DNA of 63,659 nucleotides from Lentisphaeria bacterium (GCA_041690595.1 JAWLHB010000048.1:1-63659), one strand, 5' to 3'. Positions 44,835-56,000 are shown, numbered from the stretch's first letter. Notes: generated by a model from the letters alone, not told the origin. Numbers and translations: made by a program.

Positions 44835-45767
44835 ATGCACGGATTGCGCCTCACGGCTTCATTGGGTTTGCTCCTCGCTTCAGTGGCAGTCGCCGCCGGC
44901 CAGCCGGCTGAGGATCCTGGGCGGAAGGTGCGTGTCGCCTATCCTGGTGCCGCTACCGGGCTGTTGCTCGAAGCCACCGTTGCCGATCTCGATAACTCGG
45001 TCATCCTGCGCGGCGAAGAGCTTGTCATCACCAAAGAGGAGTTCGACACCTTCGTGGCCCAGCTCCCCGCTCATCTCACGGTGCAGCAGAGCCCGGATCC
45101 GCTCCTGCTGCTGGAATACTTTGCTGCCAGCCGCCTCCTGCCGATCCTTGCGGGCCGCGCGGCTGCGACCGCGGAGAAGGCTGCCAATGACGATGAGGAT
45201 GCCCTGGTGCAGGCGTTTCTGGAGGAGCGGATTGCCGACATCGAGGTGTCGGAGGAGGAGATCAGCGCCTTCTACGCGGCAAACGCCGCGGCATTCGCGG
45301 GTGCCCCCCTCGATTCCGTCAAAAGTTATGTGCGGCAGTACGTGATGCAGGAGAAGCGGCGGGCGGCGATCGATGCCGTCATCCGCAACCTCGGGACTGA
45401 GGTGCCCTTGGAGCTTTCCGCGACGTGGTTGGAGAGTGCCGCAGCCCTTTCACTGGACAACCCCATCGACCGCGCGCGCGGCATGAAGAAGCCCTTGCTG
45501 GTCGTCTTCAGCTCCGCCAGTTGTTGCGGAACGGACACGATGCAGACGGTGAGCGATGCCGTGCGGCGTTTGGGAGCGGGGCGCGTGGAGGTGCTTCATC
45601 TGGATGCGCGACGACAGGTGCTGCTGGGCATGAGATTTGGCGTCAGAGCCTCACCCACGATCATCGGCTATGCGCCATCCGGCGATGAACTCTTTCGCCA
45701 GACTGGCGCCGCCAACGCGGAAGAGCTGCTCGCCCAGCTCGACTCGGCTGAACCGGCAGTTCCCTGA
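44835..45767 (+). CDS. Exported protein with SurA/PrsA-like helical region and C-terminal thioredoxin-like domain
   Basis: RBS AGGAGG; signal peptide; EVSEEEISAFY; LLVVFSSASCCG..FGVRASPT..GDELFR. Confidence 0.65.
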   Translation: MHGLRLTASLGLLLASVAVAAGQPAEDPGRKVRVAYPGAATGLLLEATVADLDNSVILRGEELVITKEEFDTFVAQLPAHLTVQQSPDPLLLLEYFAASRLLPILAGRAAATAEKAANDDEDALVQAFLEERIADIEVSEEEISAFYAANAAAFAGAPLDSVKSYVRQYVMQEKRRAAIDAVIRNLGTEVPLELSATWLESAAALSLDNPIDRARGMKKPLLVVFSSASCCGTDTMQTVSDAVRRLGAGRVEVLHLDARRQVLLGMRFGVRASPTIIGYAPSGDELFRQTGAANAEELLAQLDSAEPAVP

Positions 45768-45778
45768 GCACCCCGCTC

Positions 45779-47695
45779 TCAGTGGTTGAGATAGGTATAG
45801 CTGCTCAGGCCGTTCTCGAAGAGCCGCAGAATCTGGGCGGAGTCGGTGACCGTAATGTCCTCCCGCTCGACCGCGCGTTCGACCTTGGCGCGTAACCGTT
45901 CGAGAAGCTCGTTGGGATTGTACTGCAGGTAGGTCAGCACGTCGCGCACCGTATCGCCGCGGATGTAGTTCTGCAGCTTGTAGCCGCCGGAAGCATCCTG
46001 GATGACGTGAACGGCGTTGGTGTCGCCGAACATGTTGTGGAGATCGCCGAGGATCTCCTGATAGGCGCCCACGAGGAAAAAGCCCACGTAGTAGTGCTCG
46101 TCCGGCTCGATATGATGAATGGGCATCGAGGCACCGATGCACCCTTCGTTGATGTACTGCTCGACCTTGCCGTCCGAGTCGCAGGTGATGTCCGCGAGCA
46201 CGCACTGCAGGGTGGGCGGCTCGTTGAGGCGCTGAATCGGCAGGATCGGGAAGAGCTGATCAATCGCCCAGGAATCCGGCAGCGACTGGAAGAGCGAGAA
46301 GTTGGCGAAGAAGGTCGAGGCGAGGAGGGTATCGAGTCCCTCGAATTCCTGGTAATCGAGGTTGTGCTGCTTCGCGAGGCTGCAGATGCGCCCCATGATC
46401 GTCCAGAAGAGTTCTTCCATGTGGGCGCGCGCTTCGAGACTGAAGTTGCCGACGTTGAAGCGGGCCTGCGCCTGGCGTCTCAGGTAGACGGCATCATGAT
46501 AGAACTCGCGGCAGTTCCGAACGTCCAGCTCGTCATAGATATACTGCAGCTCGGGGAGCGGTTCCGGCGCGCCCTTTTCGGCACGTATGGCCAGCGTCGT
46601 CGAGGGAGCGGAGAAATCGACGAGGTTGGTCACCAGAACGCTGTAATGAGCGGTCAAGGCGCGGCCGGACTCGGTAATGACCGTTGGGGCGGGGAGCTTT
46701 TCATTTTCGCAGATCTGCTGGAGCGAAAAGATGATGTCGTTCGCGTACTCCTGCATGGTGTAGTTGATGGAGTGCGGGTTGCTGCTGGAGGTGCCGTCGT
46801 AATCGACGCCCAGACCTCCGCCGACGTCGACGTAGTCGATCTGTACGCCGATCTTTGCCAGCTCCGCATAGATTCTGGCGACCTCCGTCATCGCCACCTT
46901 GACGCGATCGATCTGCGAGATCTGGCTGCCAATGTGGAAATGCAGGAGCTGCAGGCTGTCGATCATATCATTCTCGCGGAGCATGTCGCAGGCGCGCATC
47001 AGTTCGTTGATGCGCAGGCCGAACTTGGAGCGGTCGCCGGCGGAAGATGCCCAACGCCCCGTCCCTTCCGTGGCCAGCTTGACGCGGACGCCGATGCTTG
47101 GCCGCAACCCCGTCTCTCGCGCGATCTTGATCACCCGTTCCACTTCCGAAAGCTTCTCGGCGACGATAATGACATTGTAGCCGAGCTGCTGCCCGCTGAG
47201 GGCCATGCGAATGAACTCGGCATCCTTGTAGCCGTTGCAGATCACCAGGCATGGGTAATCCGGCGAAACCGCCAGGACGGTGAGCATCTCGGGCTTGGAG
47301 CCCACTTCCAGCCCCAGCTTGGACGACTTGCCCGCCTGGATCATGGCTTCGACAACTTGCCGCTGCTGGTTCACCTTGATGGGGTAGACGGGATGGTAGC
47401 TGCCGTCGTAGTTGAACTCTTTCCGGGCCTTGGCAAAGCAACGGGTGATCTTCTTGATGCGATCGCTGAGGATATCCATGAAACGGATCAGCACGGGGGG
47501 TTGGATTCCGCGCTCGCGCAGCTCGTCCACCAGCTTCTTCAGGTCAATCTGACGTTTTCGATTGCCCTGGGGGCAGACGCAGACGTTGCCGGCCTCATTG
47601 ACCGTATAATAACCGGCGCCCCATTTCTGAATGCGAAAGAGGCGTTGCGCATCGGCCAACGTCCACGTAGCGGCAGTACGAGCTTTTTCGATCAT
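45779..47695 (-). CDS. speA: Biosynthetic arginine decarboxylase
   Basis: YPIKVNQ, GSKPE, HFHIGSQ, DVGGGLG, FSLFQSLPD.WAI.Q.FP, TCDSDG. Confidence 0.96.
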   Translation of the reverse strand: MIEKARTAATWTLADAQRLFRIQKWGAGYYTVNEAGNVCVCPQGNRKRQIDLKKLVDELRERGIQPPVLIRFMDILSDRIKKITRCFAKARKEFNYDGSYHPVYPIKVNQQRQVVEAMIQAGKSSKLGLEVGSKPEMLTVLAVSPDYPCLVICNGYKDAEFIRMALSGQQLGYNVIIVAEKLSEVERVIKIARETGLRPSIGVRVKLATEGTGRWASSAGDRSKFGLRINELMRACDMLRENDMIDSLQLLHFHIGSQISQIDRVKVAMTEVARIYAELAKIGVQIDYVDVGGGLGVDYDGTSSSNPHSINYTMQEYANDIIFSLQQICENEKLPAPTVITESGRALTAHYSVLVTNLVDFSAPSTTLAIRAEKGAPEPLPELQYIYDELDVRNCREFYHDAVYLRRQAQARFNVGNFSLEARAHMEELFWTIMGRICSLAKQHNLDYQEFEGLDTLLASTFFANFSLFQSLPDSWAIDQLFPILPIQRLNEPPTLQCVLADITCDSDGKVEQYINEGCIGASMPIHHIEPDEHYYVGFFLVGAYQEILGDLHNMFGDTNAVHVIQDASGGYKLQNYIRGDTVRDVLTYLQYNPNELLERLRAKVERAVEREDITVTDSAQILRLFENGLSSYTYLNH

Positions 47696-47718
47696 CGTTG
47701 GAAAGATACCTTTGTAGG

Positions 47719-49296
47719 TTAGATATCAAGTAGGCGGCGGACGTAAGCGGCGCGCAGGCTGCGCATGCTCTGAGTGAAATCCATATCGGCGGCAATCACT
47801 TCGGCGGTAGAACGGTCGAGGGCGCGGCGCATGGCGAGGAATCTGCGGCTCTGGCTGGCGATCACCGACAGATCCAGTAAGACACTGCGCAACCCATCAA
47901 GTTCATTCATCAACTCATTACCCAGAACCCGACGCAGGCTGTCCTCATGCAGCACCCGCATCATGCGGCGATACCGCCGCCCCACTTCCTCATTCAGCAG
48001 GCGCTGTTCGTGAAAGCTGCTATATATACCGCAAAGCTTCTCAATAACCACTTCCCGCTGACGAAATGAGTCAAAATTTTGTGTAAGCGAGTCGAGTTCG
48101 TGCGTGACACGCTCTTCCAGCTCCAGATTGCCGAAGCACAGGCTCTTGATGGTGGACAGTGGCGGTCGGCCTTCCTTCAGGTCTTCGAGGAAGCGTTTGC
48201 GGATCGCTTTCTTGCTGCATTCCTCCAGCGCCGATTCCCAGCACCGCTTGTAGTCGCGGGTGAAGCCGAAGATGGCCATCGCGAAATCATAGGAGCCGGT
48301 CGGCGCCAGCAGCAAGAGGTCCGACATCAGGAGAATCGGGGGCATCAGCCGCTCCAACTGCCCGAGTTCCCGCATCATGGCGCTGTGGCGCCAGGCGGCG
48401 CGCGATTCCCCTTCCGACTGCAGCTCGCTCTGCTTGATGAAGAAGTCGATGCTGGTCCCGAGGATCTCCAGGGCCTGGCGCAGCCACCGGTTCAGCCGGC
48501 GATCGTCGCGGTACGGTGCCAGGTACTGGAGCTGCCGACTGGAGCGGCACGCTTCCTTCCGGGATTCGACCCAGGCGCTCAGCGCCTGCACCCGCAGCAG
48601 GCGATCTGCTTCCTCGATAACCGCCGGCCAGTGTCGAAAGACCCGATCGTCTTCGCTCAGCTCCACGATCAGTTTCAGATGCTCCTTCGGCAGCGTCCGC
48701 CGGCCTCGCCAGACACGCAGAATATCTCGGGCGACATCGGGATCGACGGGCTGCCCATTCTGCCCCTTGCACAGCTCGAGCTGCCAGCTCAACGCGCGCG
48801 AGGGATCGAGGGCCAGCATGAACTCGAAGAGAGGTTCGAGGACGCTGTCCACGAGGTAATTGCGCCGTTTCGCGGCATCGACCGCGTTCATGAGGACGAG
48901 GGGCATGTCGGCTCGCTCCGTGATGACGCACCACTGGAGGGAGGTATAGTTGTCGCGGGGCACAAGGGCGAGGGAGCTGCCGGATCCAGCCGGGCCGCCA
49001 GTCTCAGCGGGGGGAATGGCGCCATTCGCCAGAAGGCGATCCGACGTCTGTTCGACCGCTCGAAAGTACTCCTTCAGAACCTCGCGTTCGTTACGCTTCA
49101 CCGGGCTGCGCAGATAGAGCGGCAGGAGCTCCTCCGCAAAGGTAACGACCTTGTCGAAGTAGCTCGCACCCAAGACAGGAGCCATGGAGAGCAGCTCCTC
49201 GCGCACCTGCTCCACCCGAAGCGGATTCAGCGAGCGGAAGATTTCGAGCAGTTTCCCCGCCCGTTCAACCTCATGTGCATGTGCGGATTTCGTCAT
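47719..49296 (-). CDS. Hypothetical alpha-helical protein
   Basis: 525-aa ORF co-oriented with speA and the nucleotide-sugar genes. Confidence 0.7.
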   Translation of the reverse strand: MTKSAHAHEVERAGKLLEIFRSLNPLRVEQVREELLSMAPVLGASYFDKVVTFAEELLPLYLRSPVKRNEREVLKEYFRAVEQTSDRLLANGAIPPAETGGPAGSGSSLALVPRDNYTSLQWCVITERADMPLVLMNAVDAAKRRNYLVDSVLEPLFEFMLALDPSRALSWQLELCKGQNGQPVDPDVARDILRVWRGRRTLPKEHLKLIVELSEDDRVFRHWPAVIEEADRLLRVQALSAWVESRKEACRSSRQLQYLAPYRDDRRLNRWLRQALEILGTSIDFFIKQSELQSEGESRAAWRHSAMMRELGQLERLMPPILLMSDLLLLAPTGSYDFAMAIFGFTRDYKRCWESALEECSKKAIRKRFLEDLKEGRPPLSTIKSLCFGNLELEERVTHELDSLTQNFDSFRQREVVIEKLCGIYSSFHEQRLLNEEVGRRYRRMMRVLHEDSLRRVLGNELMNELDGLRSVLLDLSVIASQSRRFLAMRRALDRSTAEVIAADMDFTQSMRSLRAAYVRRLLDI

Positions 49297-49364
49297 ACGA
49301 TAACTTACCGTATCGCGACGATATTGCGAAGCCTCCCGCCAGGCCGGACGATCCGGCCGCGGGC

Positions 49365-50684
49365 TCAGGCGCGATGAACGTGGGGTGCGTCTCCGACGAC
49401 GGCGCGGGTGTCGACCACCACTGTCGCATGACGCGCCATCGCTTCATGGTCGACCGACTTGTGGGCGGTGCAGACGATGATCGCGTCGTACGGGTTGGCG
49501 GCGACCTGCTCGAGGGTGCGGCTCTGGATGCCGGCGAACTGGGGATGCTCCCGATTCTTGCGGACAGCGGCGATGTGGGGGTCGTAATAATCGACCTTGG
49601 CCTGGTGCTTCTCCAGCGCCTCCCAGATCACGTAGGTGGGGCTTTCGCGGTCGTCATCGACATTGCCTTTGTAGGCGAGACCGACCAACAGGATGCGGCT
49701 ATCCTTGAGGCAGAGGCCGTGCTGGTTCATCGCCTCGATCGTCTTGCGGACGACGAAAGCGGGCATGCCGGTGTTCACTTCGCCGGCCAGCTCGATGAAG
49801 CGCGCCGTCTGCTGATACTCGCGAACCTTCCAGGCGAGGTAGAAGGGATCGATGGGGATGCAGTGTCCGCCGAGTCCGGGTCCGGGATAGAAGGGCATGA
49901 AGCCGAAGGGCTTGGTCTTGGCGGCGTCGATCACCTCATAGATGTCGATGCCCATGGGTTCCAGAACGATCTTCATCTCGTTGACCAGAGCGATGTTGAC
50001 GCAGCGGAAGATGTTCTCCATCAGCTTGGTGGCCTCGGCGACGCGGCAGGAGGAGACGGGGACGGTCTGCTGAATGATCGTGTCGTAGAGGGCGATGGCA
50101 AGTTCCAGGGAAGGGGCATCGATGCCGCCCACGACCTTGGGGATCGTCCGGGTGCTGAAATCCTTGTTGTTGGGATCTTCGCGCTCCGGCGAATAGGCGA
50201 TGAAGAGGTCGCTGCCGATCGTCAGGCCACTCAGCTCCGTGAGGATGGGCGCGAGCACTTCGTCGGTCGTACCCGGATAGGTGGTCGATTCCAGGCTGAC
50301 GAGTTGCCCCGGGCGCAAGTGAGGACCGATGGCCCGGGCGGTGCCGACCACGTAACTGATGTCGGGTTCCCGATGCTTGTCCAGTGGCGTCGGTACACAG
50401 ATGAGAATGGCGTCGCATTCTCCGGCGCGACTGAAATCGGTGGTGGCATCCGCACAGCCTTCCTCGACGAAATAGCGATGCAGGCGGGCGCCGTCGATAT
50501 GCGCGATGTAGGATTCGCCACGCTTGAGCTTCTCGATCTTCCCATCGTCGATGTCGAAGCCGAGAACCTTGACTCCACACTCGGCGAAAGCTTCAACCAG
50601 CGGCAGACCGACGTATCCGAGGCCGACGATGCCGGCGGTGAAATCACGGCGGCTGAGGAATTTCTGCAAAAGCTCATTTTTCAC
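49365..50684 (-). CDS. Nucleotide-sugar (UDP-GlcNAc-type) 6-dehydrogenase
   Basis: GLGYVGLP, CVPTP, ESTTYPG, SPERE, GGHCIPIDP, D.RESP; GTG start. Confidence 0.92.
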   Translation of the reverse strand: MKNELLQKFLSRRDFTAGIVGLGYVGLPLVEAFAECGVKVLGFDIDDGKIEKLKRGESYIAHIDGARLHRYFVEEGCADATTDFSRAGECDAILICVPTPLDKHREPDISYVVGTARAIGPHLRPGQLVSLESTTYPGTTDEVLAPILTELSGLTIGSDLFIAYSPEREDPNNKDFSTRTIPKVVGGIDAPSLELAIALYDTIIQQTVPVSSCRVAEATKLMENIFRCVNIALVNEMKIVLEPMGIDIYEVIDAAKTKPFGFMPFYPGPGLGGHCIPIDPFYLAWKVREYQQTARFIELAGEVNTGMPAFVVRKTIEAMNQHGLCLKDSRILLVGLAYKGNVDDDRESPTYVIWEALEKHQAKVDYYDPHIAAVRKNREHPQFAGIQSRTLEQVAANPYDAIIVCTAHKSVDHEAMARHATVVVDTRAVVGDAPHVHRA

Positions 50685-51789
50685 GGGCAACTGACCTTTC
50701 AATTTGGAGTCTTTCTGTCGATGATGGAAGCGGGGGCGCCGGCAGGGAAGCGGCGGCGGCGTCGGCAAAATCACGGAGAATATCATCGAGGGACTTGGTC
50801 AGTTCCCACTCCGGATAATCAGCCTGGAAACGCCGTAGATCGGAGATGTAGCAGATGTGATCGCCTTTACGGTTGTCGCTTGCGTAGTCATAGTCAAGTT
50901 TTCGCCCGAAGATCTCCTCGAAGCGCTGAATCGCTTCCTGCATCGAAATGGCGTTCCGGCGACCGCCGCCGAGATTGTAGACCGCGGCGGAGCGAGGATT
51001 GCGATAGAAGCATTCGAAGGCGGAGCAGACATCCTGAGCGTGAATGTTGTCACGCACCTGCTTGCCTTTGTAACCGTGGATGGTGTAATGGCGGCCTTCA
51101 TGAACGGCCTTGGCCAGGTACGCCATGAAACCGTGCATCTCCGCGCCGGAATGGTTCGGTCCGGTGAGGCAGCCGCCCCGGAAGCAGACGGTCGGCATGT
51201 TGAAGTAGCGGCCGTATTCCTGGACCATCACGTCGGCGGCCACCTTGGAGACGCCGAAGAGCGAATGCATGGTGCGGTCGATGCGGCAGTTTTCGTCGAT
51301 GCCGTGATGATCCTCCGGCCGGGCGTAATCATAGCGGGTCTCCAGCTCGATCAGCGGGATCTCGTTGGGCGCGTCGCCGTAGACCTTGTTGGTGGACATG
51401 AAACCAAAGGGGCTCTCAGGGCATTCGTGGCGGGCAGCCTCCAGCAGGTTGAGGGTGCCGAGCGCGTTGACCTCGAAATCGTCGAATGGGCGGTTGGCGG
51501 CAAGATCGTGCGAGGGTTGCGCGGCGCAATGGATGACGAAGTCGGGGCGAAGCTGGCGAAAGAGTCGCCGGATCGTGGCGCGGTCGCGAATATCGACCTC
51601 ATGATGCATGAAGTGACGGGTGCATGCCTCGAGGCGCTGCAGATTCCAGCGGGTATCGCCATCCTTGCCGAAGAAGGTGCGACGCATGTTGTTGTCGATG
51701 CCGTGTACCTGCCAGCCGCGCTTGTCGAAGTGGGTAACGGCTTCCGAGCCAATCAGGCCGCTGCTGCCGGTAATCAAGATGGTATTCAT
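50674..51789 (-). CDS. NAD-dependent epimerase/dehydratase (CDP-paratose 2-epimerase-like)
   Basis: TGSSGLIG, AAQPSHD, STNKVYG, GYKGKQVRD. Confidence 0.88.
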   Translation of the reverse strand: MNTILITGSSGLIGSEAVTHFDKRGWQVHGIDNNMRRTFFGKDGDTRWNLQRLEACTRHFMHHEVDIRDRATIRRLFRQLRPDFVIHCAAQPSHDLAANRPFDDFEVNALGTLNLLEAARHECPESPFGFMSTNKVYGDAPNEIPLIELETRYDYARPEDHHGIDENCRIDRTMHSLFGVSKVAADVMVQEYGRYFNMPTVCFRGGCLTGPNHSGAEMHGFMAYLAKAVHEGRHYTIHGYKGKQVRDNIHAQDVCSAFECFYRNPRSAAVYNLGGGRRNAISMQEAIQRFEEIFGRKLDYDYASDNRKGDHICYISDLRRFQADYPEWELTKSLDDILRDFADAAAASLPAPPLPSSTERLQIERSVAREK

Positions 51790-52006
51790 GGGAAATCCTG
51801 GATGGTTCTGACAGCAGCGAGGCGGGACCTGTATCGTGCGGAAAAGCCCCGGGGGCTGATGATCGCCTTTGCTCTGCCGCGCTCTCTTCAGGATCTACCA
51901 TAGGTGCAGCCACGGCATCCTCCCCAACCCTCGCAAAGCTGCCTCAGCCGGAAAGCTTGTCACAAATGCTCCATTCGAGGCTTGAACCCATGTCTTTCCG
52001 GATTAT

Positions 52007-52031
52007 TATTACGAATGCACTAAACGTAATA
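52007..52031 (+). promoter_or_regulatory. Putative NikR-type operator overlapping the -10 box
   Basis: TATTAC-N13-GTAATA inverted repeat; TTGAAC-N16-TATTAT promoter. Confidence 0.55.
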
Positions 52032-52048
52032 CCAGAAGGAGGAAGCTC

Positions 52049-52810
52049 ATGAAGCGAATCATTATCATTGCCGTCATGGTCTGCGTATTGGCCGCCCAGG
52101 CACACTTCCAGGTGCTGCTGCCGAGCCGTGACATCGTGAGCGCCAGCGATGAGCGGCGGATCGAGCTGAAGGTACAGTTCACGCACCCGATGGAGCAGGG
52201 GCCCCTGATGACGATGGGCCAGCCCCACCAGTTTGGCGTGCTGATCGACGGGGTGCGGCACGACCTGCTGGCCGCCTTGACGCGCCGGGAGAGCGAAGGG
52301 GTGGTCCAGTACTCCGCGACCCATGAGCTGCGCATGCCGGCCGGCCATATCTTTTTTCTGGAGCCTGCCCCCTATTGGGAGGCCGCGGAGCAGAAGATGA
52401 TCGTCCACTATACGAAGGTCGTCGTAGATGCGTTCGATGCGGGAACGGGCTGGGATGCGATGGTCGGCTTTCCGGTGGAGATCGAGCCGCTCGTACGGCC
52501 GTACGGCCTCTGGACGGGTAATCTCTTCCGCGGCATCGTGCGCCACAATGGTGAGCCCGTTCCCTTCGCGGAGATCGAGGTGGAATACTACAACGAAGGT
52601 GGCAAGGTGCGGATTCCGTCGGGTCCCTTTGTGACCCAGGTGATCAAAGCCGATGCCCATGGGCTCTTCGCCTATGCCATGCCGCGCGCCGGCTGGTGGG
52701 GCTTTGCCGCACTGGTCGAGGGCGCGCAGCCCATGAAGAACCCCGACGGCGACGAGGTTGAGGTGGAGCTTGGCGGGTTGATCTGGGTGAGATGCGTCGA
52801 TATGGAATAA
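52049..52810 (+). CDS. DUF4198 (NikM-like) Ni/Co uptake-associated protein
   Basis: Signal peptide followed by AHFQ; FTHP; PYWE; EIEPLVRPYGL; GWWGFAAL. Confidence 0.85.
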   Translation: MKRIIIIAVMVCVLAAQAHFQVLLPSRDIVSASDERRIELKVQFTHPMEQGPLMTMGQPHQFGVLIDGVRHDLLAALTRRESEGVVQYSATHELRMPAGHIFFLEPAPYWEAAEQKMIVHYTKVVVDAFDAGTGWDAMVGFPVEIEPLVRPYGLWTGNLFRGIVRHNGEPVPFAEIEVEYYNEGGKVRIPSGPFVTQVIKADAHGLFAYAMPRAGWWGFAALVEGAQPMKNPDGDEVEVELGGLIWVRCVDME

Positions 52811-52850
52811 TCTGAGGGCGGAAGCGATCCATTCCACATCTTTCCGCGGT

Positions 52851-52868
52851 GCCGCTCAGGCGAGTGGC
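52851..52868. repeat. Dispersed REP hairpin copy
   Basis: GCCGCTCAGGCGAGTGGC, one mismatch to the array hairpin. Confidence 0.65.
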
Positions 52869-53001
52869 GGGCATTCCTGCATTCCTGGATAGAGCACAGC
52901 AGCTCTTAAGGCGCTGGCGGTTGGTAGTGCGATTATTCTGAAGGTAGAGTAGCTTCGGTTCAACTCTCCCCACATTCCGCACTCATGCTTTCGGAGGTAT
53001 C

Positions 53002-56000
53002 ATGCCAGCCGGTGAACTCGCCCGTTTCACGCTTACCGACCGTCTCGACCACACCTGGCTCCATGAACGCGTCGGTTTTCACGTCGATAACCTGCCGCTG
53101 GATCAGAACCTGGCCATCCTTGACGAGCAGGACAACCCACATCCCTGCCAGGCGGTGGGCAGCGAAGTCTGGTTCTATGTGGACGAGTTGCCGGCGATGG
53201 GGACGCGTACCTATCGGCTGGTGACGGTTGAGGAAGAGGTGGTGGCGCCCGGCAGAGCGGTGCATGCGGTGCAGCAGGGGAAGTGGATGATCGTCGAAAC
53301 GCCTTACCTGGCGGTGCGCCTGGCGGCGGGGCAAAACGAAGATGGAAGCTGGCCGGCCCCATTCCTCGGCATGCGCGGCGGCTCCAAGCACTGGATGGGC
53401 GGCAGCAGGATTGCCTTCTCGGAGGCGCTCGTGGTCGAGAACATGGTGACGGAGGCGCTCGAAGTGGGCCCCCTCTGGCAGAAGTGGCAGGTGCGCTACG
53501 AGTGCACGACGGGCGAAACCTATACCATGTGGATCCGCATCTTCGGCGAAGAGCCTTACGTCGAGTTTCACGAAGAGAGCCGCCTCAACCGCGACTCCTG
53601 GCTCATCTTCGACACGGAAGGGCTGGACCCGGATCACATGTGGACGCACCGGCACAAACTCGATTCCTTCGGCGGCAAGCACGGCAACCTCGGCTCCATT
53701 CAGATGCCGGTTTACTCCGGCGTCTGGGTCCCCGACGACTACTACTATGCGGTGCTGATCAATGAACGCGGCGAGAGCCCCGACAGCCTTGCCGTCTGTG
53801 GCATCGAAGGGAGCTACTGGGATTATCCCTACGCCAACCAGATCGATATCGAGCGCCACGTCGAAGCTGGACCGGCGGGCCACGACAAGGGGGTGATCAG
53901 CCTCAACATGTCGATCAAGGCGGGCCATCGTGCCTGGCTTCTCATGCTTGCCGACCAAGAGCAGGTGCTGACGACGACTCCCCATTTCGACAACCCGGTG
54001 CACCGCGTCGTCAAGCAGTACGAGACCCCCCTCCACAAGGTCAAGGATTACGTGCTGGACTGGGGCGAAACGCCGCCGGCGCAACGCCCCTTCGCCATCG
54101 CCGACGGCGCCCAGCTCGAGCAGGCCCGGCAGCGCGCGGTAACTTACGACAAGTTTCGGGAGTACGTGGAGTCGCTCGACCCGGAGCTGCCCGGCGACTA
54201 CACCTATTATCATTCCGGCACCCACCGCACTTTCGAACCCCACCATCGAAATGACCCGGCGGTGCTCTATGTTACCGGCTCGGATCCGGAGGAACGGCGC
54301 AAGCAGGCCGGCTTCCTGAAGGAGGTGGTGATCGAGGGATTGGCGCACCGGCGTCACGCCATGCTGCGCGATGGCGGCCATACGGATCAGCACTGCGCCT
54401 CGATCAACCTTGGCCGCGGCCTGCGCCCCTGGGCGGCGCTGTATGATCTGGCCGCGTCGGAAGGAGTCTTCAGCGAGGAGGAAGCGCGTCTGGTCCAAGC
54501 CACCTTCGCCTTCTTCTGCTACAAGATCATGGATCGCGACTTCTGGCCCGCGGAAGCGCTGATACTGCGCGATGATCATCCGCGCAGCGCCCACCGGACC
54601 CATTGGTTTCCCGGGCGGCACAGCGACTGGGCCTTCTACAACATCGACAACATCCCGCACAATTTTCACGGCGACCTCTGGAGCGCCCTGGGCTGCATGG
54701 CGATCGCCCTGCCGCGGCATCCCCTCAGCCGCGAGTGGGTGGACCAGACGCTCGAGTGGTGGGAGAGCGAGTTGACGCAGTGGGTCTTTGCCGGTGGTGC
54801 CTGGCTGGAAAGCTCCACCTATACGCTCAACAGCATGAAGGATTACCTGATCTACTGCCGCATGCTGAAGAACGCCCGTATCCGGGATTACTTCAGCGAC
54901 GAGCGGTTGCAGCGCGCCTTCAGGTTCATCGCCGAGGCGCTGGGCCCGCATGACGAGCGCATCGGCGGCAGGTCGCTGCCGGTCATGGGCGACGGCGGCT
55001 ATCCCAACGGCTTCTGCTACGTGCTGGGCTGGATGGCCGGCCTTACCCGCGATGTCGATCCCGACTTCTCGCGCCTGATGAGCCTTGCCTGGAAGTCGAC
55101 GGGTGAATACCTGACCGAGCCCGGCCGCTTCGGTCTCAACTTCTGCGACTTTCTTTTCATCGATCCGGAGATTCCGGCGGCTGAACCGGCCTCGCTCACC
55201 TCACACTGGTATCGCGGCATGGGGGCGATTCTTCGCCACGCCCATGGCACGCCCGATGAGATCTGGATGTTCATCAAGGCCGGCATCATCTACTCGCACT
55301 TCCACGAGCCCGAAGGGACCTTTCAGCTCTGGTGGAACAGCAGCCCGCTCTGCGACGAATACGGCGTGCAGTACGGCAAGGGGACCGATGACAAGCCCAC
55401 CTCGTCGCCGGAATGTCACAACTGCATCGAGATCGAAGGGCTGGAAACGGCCTACAACAAGGGGGACGTCACCACCTTCGTCAGCACCGAAGCCTTCGAT
55501 TATGTCATCGTCGATTCGCCGATGCTGCCCGCCTACCTGGAGGAAGGCCAATGGATCTGGGGCTTCCGCGGCGAAATGGGACCGGCCGGCTGGCACCGCC
55601 GCCACTTCCTCCTCGTCAAGCCGTATTTCCTCTACGTGTATGACGAACTGGAGTCTCCCTACCCGACAATCTACCACCTCAACATCAAGGCCGACGGCAA
55701 GCGCCAGGAGGGGAACGTCGTTCACTATGACGGCCGCCTCGGCACGGATCTGGAAGTCGCCATGCTCAACCTGGGCGACCGCCAGATCGAGCACAGCGAG
55801 TTCGACGTGGACCCGCGCAGCCAGTATGGCTTCCAGCCGCCGCCCGGCTTCTATCATCAGTTGCAGCTCCATGTCCGCAGCGAAGGCTACACCGACTATG
55901 CCAGCGTCCTCGTTCCCCACGCCAGCGGTCAGGCCGCAAGCGTCGCGAGCGATCCAGAGAGTGGCGGCGCCGCCATCACCCACGGCAGGAACCGCTTTCG

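Noticed and set aside
40840..45767. hgcAB mercury-methylation genes or selenoproteins in the ArsR operon
   Set aside because: No NVWCAAGK cap-helix, no 2[4Fe-4S] ferredoxin motifs, and no in-frame TGA at the redox sites
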